Source: Candidatus Spongiihabitans sp. (lineage in GTDB: Bacteria; Pseudomonadota; Gammaproteobacteria; Arenicellales; Poriferihabitantaceae). From it: DNA of 64,000 nucleotides. Shown here in pieces: positions 40,015 to 48,571 of this stretch; position 1 is the stretch's first letter; each line of letters starts with the position of its first letter. Under the pieces are notes generated by a model. The model searched no databases. It worked only from the letters and a program-made list of their open reading frames with translations, and was not told the origin of the DNA. A program made the position numbers and the translations under genes. Location of the stretch: contig NZ_OZ250154.1 in the NCBI RefSeq assembly GCF_965237845.1, positions 259,121 through 323,120 on the forward strand. Direction: 5' to 3'.

Positions 40015-40935
40015 ATGTCGTTCAGTGATCGTGATGGCGTGATATGGATGGATGGAAAAATGCTGCCGTGGCGCGAAGCCAAGGTCCACGTCCTGACCCA
40101 CACCCTGCATTATGGTATGGGGGTATTCGAAGGCGTGCGCGCCTATAAAGCGGAAAAAGGCGCCGCTATTTTTCGATTGGCCGAACATACCCAGCGATTG
40201 TTTCGTTCGGCGCATATTCTGGGCATGAAAATCCCATTCGATGCCGATACGGTTTCCCAGGCTCAGATCGACTCGATTAAACAAAATAATCTGGAATCAG
40301 GATATTTACGGCCGATGGCGTTCTACGGCTCCGAAGGCATGGGCCTGCGCGCCGACAATTTGAAAGTGCATCTCATCATTGCCGCGTGGCATTGGGGTTC
40401 CTATTTAGGTGACGATAATCTTGCAAATGGCATCCGCGTGCGGGTATCTTCTTATGCCCGGCACCATGTGAACGCCAGTATGTGCCGGGCTAAAGCGAAT
40501 GGTCATTACATTAACTCCATGTTAGCGTTGCGGGAGGCCATTGAAACCGGCTACGACGAAGCTCTGTTGCTCGATACCAATGGTTTCGTCATGGAAGGCA
40601 GCGGCGAGAATATTTTTATCATTCGCGACAATGTTGTGTACACCCCAGACCTGACCTCGGCGCTGGATGGCATCACCCGTAAGACCGTCGCTAAAATTAT
40701 TGCTGATGAAGGTCTGGAGTTGGTTGAAAAACGCATCACCCGGGATGAAGTTTATATTTGTGATGAAGCCTTCTTTACCGGCACTGCCGCTGAGGTAACG
40801 CCAATCCGGGAATTGGATAATCGTCAAATTGGCAATGGCGGCCGCGGCCCAATAACGGAAAAAATTCAAAGCCGTTTCTTTGATGCGGTGCATGGCCGCA
40901 TACCGGAATACGAAGATTGGCTGACCTATGTCTGA
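40015..40935 (+). CDS. ilvE: Branched-chain amino acid aminotransferase
   Basis: Class IV aminotransferase with the EGSGENIF motif. ATG 40015 is preceded by GGAGA. Confidence 0.9.
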   Translation: MSFSDRDGVIWMDGKMLPWREAKVHVLTHTLHYGMGVFEGVRAYKAEKGAAIFRLAEHTQRLFRSAHILGMKIPFDADTVSQAQIDSIKQNNLESGYLRPMAFYGSEGMGLRADNLKVHLIIAAWHWGSYLGDDNLANGIRVRVSSYARHHVNASMCRAKANGHYINSMLALREAIETGYDEALLLDTNGFVMEGSGENIFIIRDNVVYTPDLTSALDGITRKTVAKIIADEGLELVEKRITRDEVYICDEAFFTGTAAEVTPIRELDNRQIGNGGRGPITEKIQSRFFDAVHGRIPEYEDWLTYV

Positions 40936-41191
40936 TAATAAAAAGTCGAACATGCCCGAAGATTTTTCGAGCGCTCAGGATCCAGTCACTCTGGATCCTG
41001 ACACGCCGAATGTCAATCAGCGGGTTGAAGTCAGCGCGGATGATCTACCGCTGCACTGTCCCATGCCCGGCAAACGCCTGTGGGATTCCCATCCTAAAGT
41101 TTATCTCCCTATCGAGGACAGCGGGCAAGAACTTTGTCCCTATTGCGGCACCCGTTATGTTCTCATCGGCGCCGTGCCATCGTCGCATTGA
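40928..41191 (+). CDS. Zinc-finger (CHCC-type) small protein
   Basis: 87 aa with LHCP...CPYCG spaced as in zf-CHCC domains. It overlaps the ilvE stop by 8 nt. Confidence 0.6.
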   Translation: MSDNKKSNMPEDFSSAQDPVTLDPDTPNVNQRVEVSADDLPLHCPMPGKRLWDSHPKVYLPIEDSGQELCPYCGTRYVLIGAVPSSH

Positions 41192-41222
41192 GCCCGATAT
41201 TGAGCTCGACATTGAGCCTGAT
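41187..41222 (+). repeat. 12-nt tandem repeat x3 (attgagcccgat / attgagctcgac / attgagcctgat)
   Basis: Read directly. It spans the stop codon of the zinc-finger ORF and the spacer upstream of the GT2 ORF. Confidence 0.85.
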
Positions 41223-41233
41223 GAGATGGGTGC

Positions 41234-41866
41234 TTGATTGAAAATAAAAGAAAACCAGCGGTCAGCGTGGTCATGGCAGCCTACAATATCGAACCGTATA
41301 TTGGCGTTACCATGGAAAGCATCCTTAACCAAACCATGGGCGATCTGAAACTCATCGTAGTCGATGATGGCTCCACCGATGGCACCGCCGCGCGCAATGT
41401 GGCAATAGCCCACGCCCAAAGCGACTTCGTCGTCATCATAGACGGCAACGACATAACGCATCTGCAACGGCTGGAAAAACAGTTCTCTTTTCTCATCCAA
41501 AATCCGCAATACGCCGCGGCCTCGTGCCGGTGCGAGTTGATTGACGGGGCAGGAGAACGGATGAAAATACAAAGCGCAAGGAAGCCCTCGCAGGAAGCCG
41601 GGCGGCGGCTGGAAGAACTGCGACGAGGGCAAATACTGGTCAACCAGACCGCGATGATTCGGATTTTATCGCTTGGATGGTCGAACGAAATCTATCGCCC
41701 GCGGTTTCGGATGCAAGATTTTTCCGCACCCACCCCCTCGGTAATTTCGGGCGCATTTTGCGTATTTCTGTATAAGCGCCGCAAAGACCGGCGCCGTTTT
41801 TTGCGCGACTGGAACAACAAGCTGGAGCAGTTGAAGCGATTTGCCGGGGTTTTCGGCGGACCGTGA
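41234..41866 (+). pseudogene. Degenerate family-2 glycosyltransferase
   Basis: The N-terminus VSVVMAAYN...LIVVDDGSTDGT is classic GT2, but it runs straight into ARNVAIAHAQSDFVVIIDGND. The ~30-40 residues normally between these motifs are therefore missing. The distal half is Arg-rich with no recognisable GT2 motifs. It has a TTG start. Confidence 0.5.
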
Positions 41867-41935
41867 CATCCCATTTTGTGAGTGCTCGATAAGTGTGAAT
41901 GGTTGCCATGAACATCACATCATGAACAGCAAGCC

Positions 41936-43024
41936 ATGAACAACATTCTGGTGGTAGGCCCGGCCTGGGTCGGCGACATGGTAATGGCGCAAAGTCTGTT
42001 CAAGGCACTTAAGCGCGCGCAGGCCGATGCTCAGGTCGATGCTCAGGCCGATGCTCAGGCCGATAACGAGATCAGCGTGCTGGCGCCGCCGTGGAGTATC
42101 CCGATACTGGCGCGTATGCCGGAAGTCGCTCATACGATTCGCATGACCGTCGGCCACGGCGCGCTCGGGCTGGGCGCGCGACATAAGATAGGACGCCAAC
42201 TGCGACGCTCGAATTTCGACCATGCCATCGTCGTGCCGAATTCGTTCAAGTCGGCGCTGGTGCCGTGGTTCGCCAAAATTCCGCGTCGCACCGGTTATCT
42301 CGGCGAGCAGCGCTGGGGTTTGCTGAATGACATTCGTATCCTCGACCGGCGGGTGATGCCGCTGAATGTGCAGCGCTTTGTCGCCTTGGGCTTGCCAAAA
42401 TCATCGACCGCCAACGCCGTCGAAACCCTGCAATCTACGGACCTTCCCAAGCCGGCGCTGGCGGTGAATCGGGAGTTGGTTGGCGAGACCGCGGCGCGTT
42501 TCAAACTGCAGACCGACGCGCCGGTGCTGGCGCTTTGTCCGGGCGCCGAGTATGGGCCGGCCAAGCAATGGCCGGCGGCGCATTTCGCCGAAGTCGCCAA
42601 CGCGCAACTCGCACAGGGTTGGCGGGTGTGGCTGTTCGGCTCGGACAATGATCGGCAAATCGCCGCGCGCATCAACCAACTTTGCCAACGGCGCTGCGCC
42701 GATCTTGCCGGCCGCACCTCGCTGGGCGAAGCGATTGATTTGATGTCGCTGGCGAAGTATGCGGTCACCAATGATTCCGGATTGATGCACATCGCCGCCG
42801 CCGTTGGCTGCCATGTGATTGCTATCTACGGCTCGTCCAGCGACGCCTTCACCCCGCCGCTGACCGAGCACTGCGACTGCCTCACCCTGCGCCTCGAATG
42901 CAGTCCTTGCTTCCAGCGCGAGTGCCCGCTCGACCATCTGAATTGTTTGAATCAATTGATGCCAAAAAAGGTTTTAGACATCATCAAAAAAATGGGCAAT
43001 AAAATTGGCGATGGATTAGGGTGA
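41936..43024 (+). CDS. waaF: ADP-heptose:LPS heptosyltransferase II
   Basis: 362-aa GT9 protein with VVGPAWVGDMVMAQSL and NDSGLMHIAAAVG. Confidence 0.85.
   Translation: MNNILVVGPAWVGDMVMAQSLFKALKRAQADAQVDAQADAQADNEISVLAPPWSIPILARMPEVAHTIRMTVGHGALGLGARHKIGRQLRRSNFDHAIVVPNSFKSALVPWFAKIPRRTGYLGEQRWGLLNDIRILDRRVMPLNVQRFVALGLPKSSTANAVETLQSTDLPKPALAVNRELVGETAARFKLQTDAPVLALCPGAEYGPAKQWPAAHFAEVANAQLAQGWRVWLFGSDNDRQIAARINQLCQRRCADLAGRTSLGEAIDLMSLAKYAVTNDSGLMHIAAAVGCHVIAIYGSSSDAFTPPLTEHCDCLTLRLECSPCFQRECPLDHLNCLNQLMPKKVLDIIKKMGNKIGDGLG
42017..42064 (+). repeat. 12-nt tandem repeat x4 in frame in waaF, encoding (AQAD)4
   Basis: Read directly: gcgcaggccgat / gctcaggtcgat / gctcaggccgat / gctcaggccgat. 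It sits in the loop before the conserved LAPPW motif. Confidence 0.9.
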
Positions 43025-43185
43025 GCGATGCCAAAGCGTTGCCTGAAAATATTTTCTGAAAATATTATCTGATTAGACTAACCGGCCCGATCTCTCTTTG
43101 GCAACGTAGATAACCTGTTGAAATTGCTGGAAAGGAAAAATAATTTTGACGAACCCTATATGCTGGGTTTAATATCGGAGTTTCC

Positions 43186-43227
43186 CCACTACATATAGTT
43201 TTTATACTAGAATATAAAATATAGTGC
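43186..43227. promoter_or_regulatory. Two NrdR-box-like AT-rich palindromic half-conserved sites upstream of nrdJ
   Basis: ccactacatatagttt (43186-43201) has 13/16 matches and atataaaatatagtgc (43212-43227) 11/16 matches to the remembered NrdR box acaCwAtATaTwGtgt. The centre-to-centre spacing is 26 bp, which is not the usual integral number of helical turns, so confidence is low. Confidence 0.35.
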
Positions 43228-43347
43228 CAATCAGTGGGTTGGCGGAACGAGCCAGAAAAATTCTGGTTTTGCAAACGGAGATGAACATTACAGGGATAAC
43301 AGTTATTGATAGAAATTGATGACGTTACGGCCTTAAAAGGCCGCTGA

Positions 43348-45519
43348 GTGAAGATAAGTTTAATCATGAAAATGGCTAATCTGGCCAATAATAAAAGTGC
43401 CATCGGCAGCATCATCAAGCGCGTCTCTGTGGACGATATTCCACTTCAGCCAGCGTCCCTCGATATCTGGGATAAAAAATATCGACTGAAGAGCATAACG
43501 GGCGACCCTTTGGATCAGGATATCGATGCGACCTACGACCGCGTTGCCAAATCCTTGGCTGAAGTCGAAGTCACCAAGCCGAAACAACAGGAGTGGCACG
43601 ACAAATTTTTATGGGCGTTAAAAAATGGCGCCATTCCCGCCGGGCGAATTACCTCCAACGCCGGCGCGTTGGCGCATAAACCGGCAACAAGCACCATTAA
43701 CTGCACCGTCTCAGGCACCATTCCAGATTCCATGGACGGCGTTTTAAGGTCAGTCCACGAAGCCGGGATGACGTTGAAGGCCGGTTGTGGCATCGGCTAT
43801 GAATTCTCCACTTTGCGCCCCAAGGGTGCCTTCGTCAGCGGCGCAGGAGCTTATACCTCCGGCCCGCTGTCTTTCATGGATATTTTTGACTCGATGTGCT
43901 TTACCGTGTCTTCCGCTGGCGGGCGACGCGGCGCGCAAATGGGCGCTTTTGACATTTCCCACCCGGACATTCTCGAGTTCGTCCGCGCCAAACGTGAAAA
44001 CGGTCGCCTGCGACAATTTAATCTGTCCTGTTTGATTACCGATGAATTTATGCAAGCGGTAAATGATGATGCCGAATGGAAACTGTATTTCCCCGCCACC
44101 CAACAGGAAACAAAGAGCGGCGAAGACGAAATCATTATGCGGCCCTGGCCACAGTCGTCGGATTACACAACCAATGAGCTCGGCCAGGTGGCCTGTCGGG
44201 TGTACAACACCATTCCAGCCAAGCAGCTATGGAACCTGATCATGAATTTCACCTACGATTATGCCGAACCCGGTTTCATCTTGGTCGATCGAATCAATGA
44301 AATGAATAATAACTGGTTTTGCGAAAATATCCGCGCAACCAATCCCTGTGGCGAACAACCGCTGCCGCCCTATGGCGCATGTCTGCTCGGCTCGGTCAAC
44401 TTAACCCGATTCGTGGACGACCCATTTACCGATGCCGCCAAATTTGATTGGGACAAGTATTGTGAAGTGGTCGCTATCTTTTGCCGCATGCTGGATAACG
44501 TAGTGGAAGTTAACGGCTTGCCGCTTGAAAAACAAAGCGAAGAAATTTTGTCCAAACGCCGACATGGCATGGGCTTTCTCGGACTCGGCTCAACGTTGAC
44601 CATGTTAAAAATGAAATACGGTGATGAGTCCTCGCTGAAGTTCACCGAACGCGTCGCCGAAAAAATGGCCACTGTAGGGTGGGAAATCGGTGTCCAACTG
44701 GCCGAAGAAAAGGGCGTTGCCCCGATACTGGATCTGGAATACCCGGTAACCAACGAAATGCTGGCGATGCGACCGGAAATGAAAAAACACGGGTATCGTC
44801 CCGGCGACACCGTCAAAGGGTCGGTATTAATGGGCAAATACAGTCGTTATATGCAGCAATTCCCGCAACAATTACAAAACCAAATCGCAGTTAAAGGCTG
44901 TCGTTATACGCACCATACTTCTATCGCACCGACCGGCACCATCAGCCTGTCTCTGGGAAATAATGTCAGCAACGGCATCGAGCCGACATTTGCCCATAGC
45001 TACAGCCGCAACGTCATCCGCGAAGGAAAGAAATCCAAGGAGAAAGTCGATGTGTTGTCATATGAATTATTGGCCTATCGCCATCTGGTGAATCCACAGG
45101 CCGCGGCGTCTGTCGAAGACAAGGCAAACGCTCTGCCGGATTATTTCGTTACCGCCGATGACATCACCCCGAAACAACATGTCGATGTGCAGGCTGCGGC
45201 ACAAAAATGGATCGATTCGTCGATATCGAAAACCGCCAACGTGCCAACAGACTTTGCTTTCGAAGATTTCCAGGGCATCTATCAATACGCATGGGAAAAA
45301 GGGTTGAAGGGGTGTACTACATTTCGATTCAACCCCGAAGCGTTCCAGGGTGTTTTGGTAAAAGAACAGGACCTGGAAAATACCAAATACCAGTTCACGC
45401 TGGAAAACGGTGAAATAGTCGAAGTCAAGGGCAACGAAGAAATTGAATACGATGGCGAAATTCATACCGCCGCGAACCTGTTCGACGCATTGAAAGAGGG
45501 ATACTACGGTAGATTTTAA
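43348..45519 (+). CDS. nrdJ: Class II (adenosylcobalamin-dependent) ribonucleotide reductase, large fragment NrdJa
   Basis: 723 aa with the active-site motif NPCGEQPLPPYGACLLGSVNL. It has a GTG start at 43348 (alternative ATGs at 43366 and 43372). The protein stops before the C-terminal Cys-rich tail, which is encoded by the next ORF. Confidence 0.9.
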   Translation: MKISLIMKMANLANNKSAIGSIIKRVSVDDIPLQPASLDIWDKKYRLKSITGDPLDQDIDATYDRVAKSLAEVEVTKPKQQEWHDKFLWALKNGAIPAGRITSNAGALAHKPATSTINCTVSGTIPDSMDGVLRSVHEAGMTLKAGCGIGYEFSTLRPKGAFVSGAGAYTSGPLSFMDIFDSMCFTVSSAGGRRGAQMGAFDISHPDILEFVRAKRENGRLRQFNLSCLITDEFMQAVNDDAEWKLYFPATQQETKSGEDEIIMRPWPQSSDYTTNELGQVACRVYNTIPAKQLWNLIMNFTYDYAEPGFILVDRINEMNNNWFCENIRATNPCGEQPLPPYGACLLGSVNLTRFVDDPFTDAAKFDWDKYCEVVAIFCRMLDNVVEVNGLPLEKQSEEILSKRRHGMGFLGLGSTLTMLKMKYGDESSLKFTERVAEKMATVGWEIGVQLAEEKGVAPILDLEYPVTNEMLAMRPEMKKHGYRPGDTVKGSVLMGKYSRYMQQFPQQLQNQIAVKGCRYTHHTSIAPTGTISLSLGNNVSNGIEPTFAHSYSRNVIREGKKSKEKVDVLSYELLAYRHLVNPQAAASVEDKANALPDYFVTADDITPKQHVDVQAAAQKWIDSSISKTANVPTDFAFEDFQGIYQYAWEKGLKGCTTFRFNPEAFQGVLVKEQDLENTKYQFTLENGEIVEVKGNEEIEYDGEIHTAANLFDALKEGYYGRF

Positions 45520-45816
45520 CCAGGCATTATTTGCGCTGGCGGGAATTTCTAATTAATGACGCAATAGAGTTTAAATTGTGAACAAGACTAACAAAAGGTA
45601 TCCAAACCTTTCCCGAAATAGCGAACGCAATAGAAGAATCCAGTTCAATCGGCATATTGGTCAGTTGATGCATACGCCATACAGCGCCCAGCGAAGTTTG
45701 CTGAGTAAGCGTGTTCATCCGGTGAAAAAGTGACCGACAGACATATAAAAGCAAGTTTGAGAAAGCGACCCCATCAATATAAAAGAAGCAATAGCATAAA
45801 GAATACTGATTAAATC

Positions 45817-46572
45817 ATGGCCATTACCATTGAAAAGCAAATTGTTGATTACAACGTAATCAAACCCAGCGACCTCGACAACAACGACATTGACCCGCGC
45901 GCCGCGGAATCCCCCCCGCAAGCCGCTAAGCAGATAACGGAGTCTTTGGATACGGGCACTCAGGGTCAGTCCAAAATCGTGCAAATGCACGAAAAAGTGG
46001 TGCGACCGGACCGGTTAATCGGCAATACCTATAAAATCAAAACACCCGTTTCAGAACACGCGTTTTACATCACCATCAACGATATCCTGTTGAATCCGGG
46101 CACGCCATTCGAAAAACGCAGGCCGTTTGAGATTTTCATCAATTCAAAAAACATGGACCACTACCAATGGATCTCGGGCCTGACATTGATTATTTCGGCG
46201 GTGTTTAGAAAGGGCGGGGATGTCACCTTTCTGGTTAACGAACTACAAAGCGTATTCGATCCCAAAGGCGGCTACTTTAAGCGCGGCGGAAAACTCATGC
46301 CGTCTTTGGTCGCTGAAATTGGCGACGCGATTGAATCCCATTTAAAAATGATCGGGATGATTGTTGATAAAGGTCTTGACCAATACCAACAGGCACTGGT
46401 CGATCAAAAACGCAAAGAATTTGAGGCGCAAAATCGATTGAGAGGCATTGACCTGGAATCTGGCAGTTTCCCGGCCGGGGCGACGCTTTGCCTAAAATGC
46501 AACACCAAAGCCACGGTTTTATTGGACGGCTGCATGACCTGCCTCAACTGCGGCGAAAGTAAGTGCAGCTAA
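45817..46572 (+). CDS. nrdJb: Class II ribonucleotide reductase small fragment NrdJb
   Basis: 251 aa with the C-terminal redox/zinc Cys cluster CLKCNTKATVLLDGCMTCLNCGESKC. The split nrdJa/nrdJb arrangement is known from Pseudomonas. Confidence 0.8.
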   Translation: MAITIEKQIVDYNVIKPSDLDNNDIDPRAAESPPQAAKQITESLDTGTQGQSKIVQMHEKVVRPDRLIGNTYKIKTPVSEHAFYITINDILLNPGTPFEKRRPFEIFINSKNMDHYQWISGLTLIISAVFRKGGDVTFLVNELQSVFDPKGGYFKRGGKLMPSLVAEIGDAIESHLKMIGMIVDKGLDQYQQALVDQKRKEFEAQNRLRGIDLESGSFPAGATLCLKCNTKATVLLDGCMTCLNCGESKCS

Positions 46573-47166
46573 TATGTCCACAGCTAATTTCATCGAAGTT
46601 GTTGCTATAGGGCCGAAACCCGAACTAATCCATATAGACCCGCACAACGAATATCATGAACCAAGAAAAAGGGCTGCTTTTCGGCAGCTATCGCGTTCTG
46701 GCTAAACCGATCAGCCACGTTTTGGGCAGTAATCAATCAGGGATTAGCTAACAGTCGCTACCCAAGGCGGCCCCGCCCAGATGCAAAACACTCGACATAA
46801 AATCACCTCCTTTACGCAATTAAATGGACTTAAAGGTTAGCATGCCAGAGTCATGGTGTCACCACTAATAGGCAGACATGTTATCGTAGAGATCAGGTAT
46901 GCCTTGCCTCTACGCCGATTTGGTTGCTGGGTTATCACCGCTTGGTTGGGTGTTTTTGTCACCCTGAAAACCGTGGTTATCAAGCGCCTTATTTCGGCGC
47001 TGGATTCGACACGCTAACAGACTGAAAGAATTTTTTAGGTTCTGCTTGAATTCAAGTTTCGTAATTCTGGTGCAAGTGGGGTCACTACCGAAATCGGATT
47101 TGTAAACTCACTATAAGGGAATGACTAACGCTGGTATATGGAAAGATTTAAACACATAATGAAATC

Positions 47167-48501
47167 GTGAAAAAAATATTGTTTGATAAAACGGTATTGT
47201 CCTGGGCGCTTTATGATTGGGCAAATTCCGCATTCGCGACTACCGTGGTGGCGGGATTCTTTCCGGTTTTTTATACGCTCTTGAGCGCCGAGCTAACCAC
47301 ACGGGATGCCCAATTTTGGTTCAATATAACATTGGCGGTCAGCAGTATATTGATTGCCATCGCGGCGCCGGTTTTAGGCGCCATTGCCGACCGCGGTGGC
47401 CGCCGTAAAAAATTTCTCGCCACCTTTGCCATGCTGGGAATTTTAATGAGCGCCGGGTTGGCATGGGTCGGCGCCGGCATGTGGTGGATGGGGTTGCTGA
47501 TTTATGGGCTGGGCCAGATTGGATTTTCAGGCGCCAATATTTTTTATGATGCAATGATTGTGGACCTATCTTCAGAAGAGGATTTGGATGTTGTATCGGG
47601 CTATGGATATGCTCTGGGGTATGCTGGCGGCGGAATTTTATTTCTTGTCAATGTGCTGATGGTAACCAAACCGCAACTGTTTGGTTTGGCAGATCCAGGC
47701 ACGGCTTTATCATTGTCATTTATCAGCGTAGCCATTTGGTGGGCAATTTTTACCGCGCCGCTTTTATGGGTGGTCAAAGAGACCACCAGCCAATCACAAA
47801 CAACTTTGGCACAAACAACTTTGGCACAAACAACTTTCGGTCAAAGCATACGGCAGGGTTTTCAACAACTGCGTATCACTTACCGAGAACTACGGCAACT
47901 GAAAGCGGCATTGCTGTTTCTTGCCGGGTACTGGCTATACATCGATGGCGTCGGCACTATTTACAAAATGGCGATATTTTTTGCCAACCGAGTTCTTGAA
48001 CTACCCCAGGAAAGTTTGATTACCGCATTATTGTTAACTCAGTTTGTGGCCTTTCCAGCCGCATTATTTTTCGGTTGGCTGGGCAAACGTATCGGACCTA
48101 AGTCAGGCATCTTGATTGGGTTGATTGTTTACACCCTGGCGGTTTTCTATGCCTGGGGGTGGCTTGATTCAGCGGCTGATTTTTATAAACTCGCAGTGGC
48201 GATTGGTTTAGTCCAGGGCGGGGTGCAAAGTCTGAGTCGGTCGCTGTTTGCGCGTTTGATTCCCATATCCAAGACGGCTGAGTTCTTCGGGTTTTTTAAT
48301 ATGGTCGGAAAATTTGCAAGCATCCTGGGCCCGCTGCTGATGGCGGCGGTGCCGGTATTATTCGCGCGCAGCGAAGCGCGGGATAGTATTTTGGTTTTAG
48401 TGATGCTTTTTGCGGCCGGTGGTTATGTTTTGTTAAAGGTCAATGTTAAAAATGGAATACAGGCGGCCAAAGACATAGAATATAAATTAACCCCGCATTG
48501 A
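47167..48501 (+). CDS. MFS transporter (UMF1/Atg22-like)
   Basis: 444 aa with ~12 TM helices. The N-terminal WALYDWANSAF is typical of this MFS subfamily. It has a GTG start. Confidence 0.75.
   Translation: MKKILFDKTVLSWALYDWANSAFATTVVAGFFPVFYTLLSAELTTRDAQFWFNITLAVSSILIAIAAPVLGAIADRGGRRKKFLATFAMLGILMSAGLAWVGAGMWWMGLLIYGLGQIGFSGANIFYDAMIVDLSSEEDLDVVSGYGYALGYAGGGILFLVNVLMVTKPQLFGLADPGTALSLSFISVAIWWAIFTAPLLWVVKETTSQSQTTLAQTTLAQTTFGQSIRQGFQQLRITYRELRQLKAALLFLAGYWLYIDGVGTIYKMAIFFANRVLELPQESLITALLLTQFVAFPAALFFGWLGKRIGPKSGILIGLIVYTLAVFYAWGWLDSAADFYKLAVAIGLVQGGVQSLSRSLFARLIPISKTAEFFGFFNMVGKFASILGPLLMAAVPVLFARSEARDSILVLVMLFAAGGYVLLKVNVKNGIQAAKDIEYKLTPH
47796..47840 (+). repeat. 15-nt tandem repeat x3 in frame in the MFS central loop (TTLAQ TTLAQ TTFGQ)
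   Basis: Read directly: acaaacaactttggc x2, then acaaacaactttcgg. Confidence 0.9.
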
Positions 48502-48571
48502 TGGCCTGAACCAGACAAACCTCAAAGGTCATACCGGGAATAATATCAAGAGCAAGATCAGGCGTAATATA

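Noticed and set aside
42017-42064. Tandem repeats here and at 47796-47840 and 38729-38776 as possible CRISPR or phase-variation switches
   Set aside because: The units are 12-15 nt with no spacers, so this is not CRISPR. All unit lengths are multiples of three, so copy-number change cannot switch the reading frame on or off.
43065-43347. Possible cobalamin riboswitch in the long leader of the B12-dependent nrdJ
   Set aside because: I could not find a B12-box-like core (GCCACTG context) or the characteristic paired elements. B12-dependent RNR genes are not the usual riboswitch targets. Only the NrdR-like boxes and a small hairpin (ggcctt-aa-aaggcc, 43330-43343) are visible.
45527-45990. Minus-strand ORFs 45527..45754 and 45715..45990 in or around the nrdJa-nrdJb spacer
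   Set aside because: They are antisense to the nrdJ operon, and the second overlaps the nrdJb start. The translations are unremarkable and have no SD. They are treated as non-coding.
46574-46705. 43-codon ORF starting 2 nt after the nrdJb stop
   Set aside because: It has no SD, no recognisable motif or hydrophobic segment, and is too short to support without conservation data.
46984-47020. tmRNA-like 5' sequence (ggcgctggattcgac resembles the GGGGCUGAUUCUGGAUUCGAC start of ssrA)
   Set aside because: Only ~170 nt remain before the next gene. There is no tag reading frame and no T-arm/CCA-like 3' end (GGTTCGAATCC...). It is a chance resemblance.
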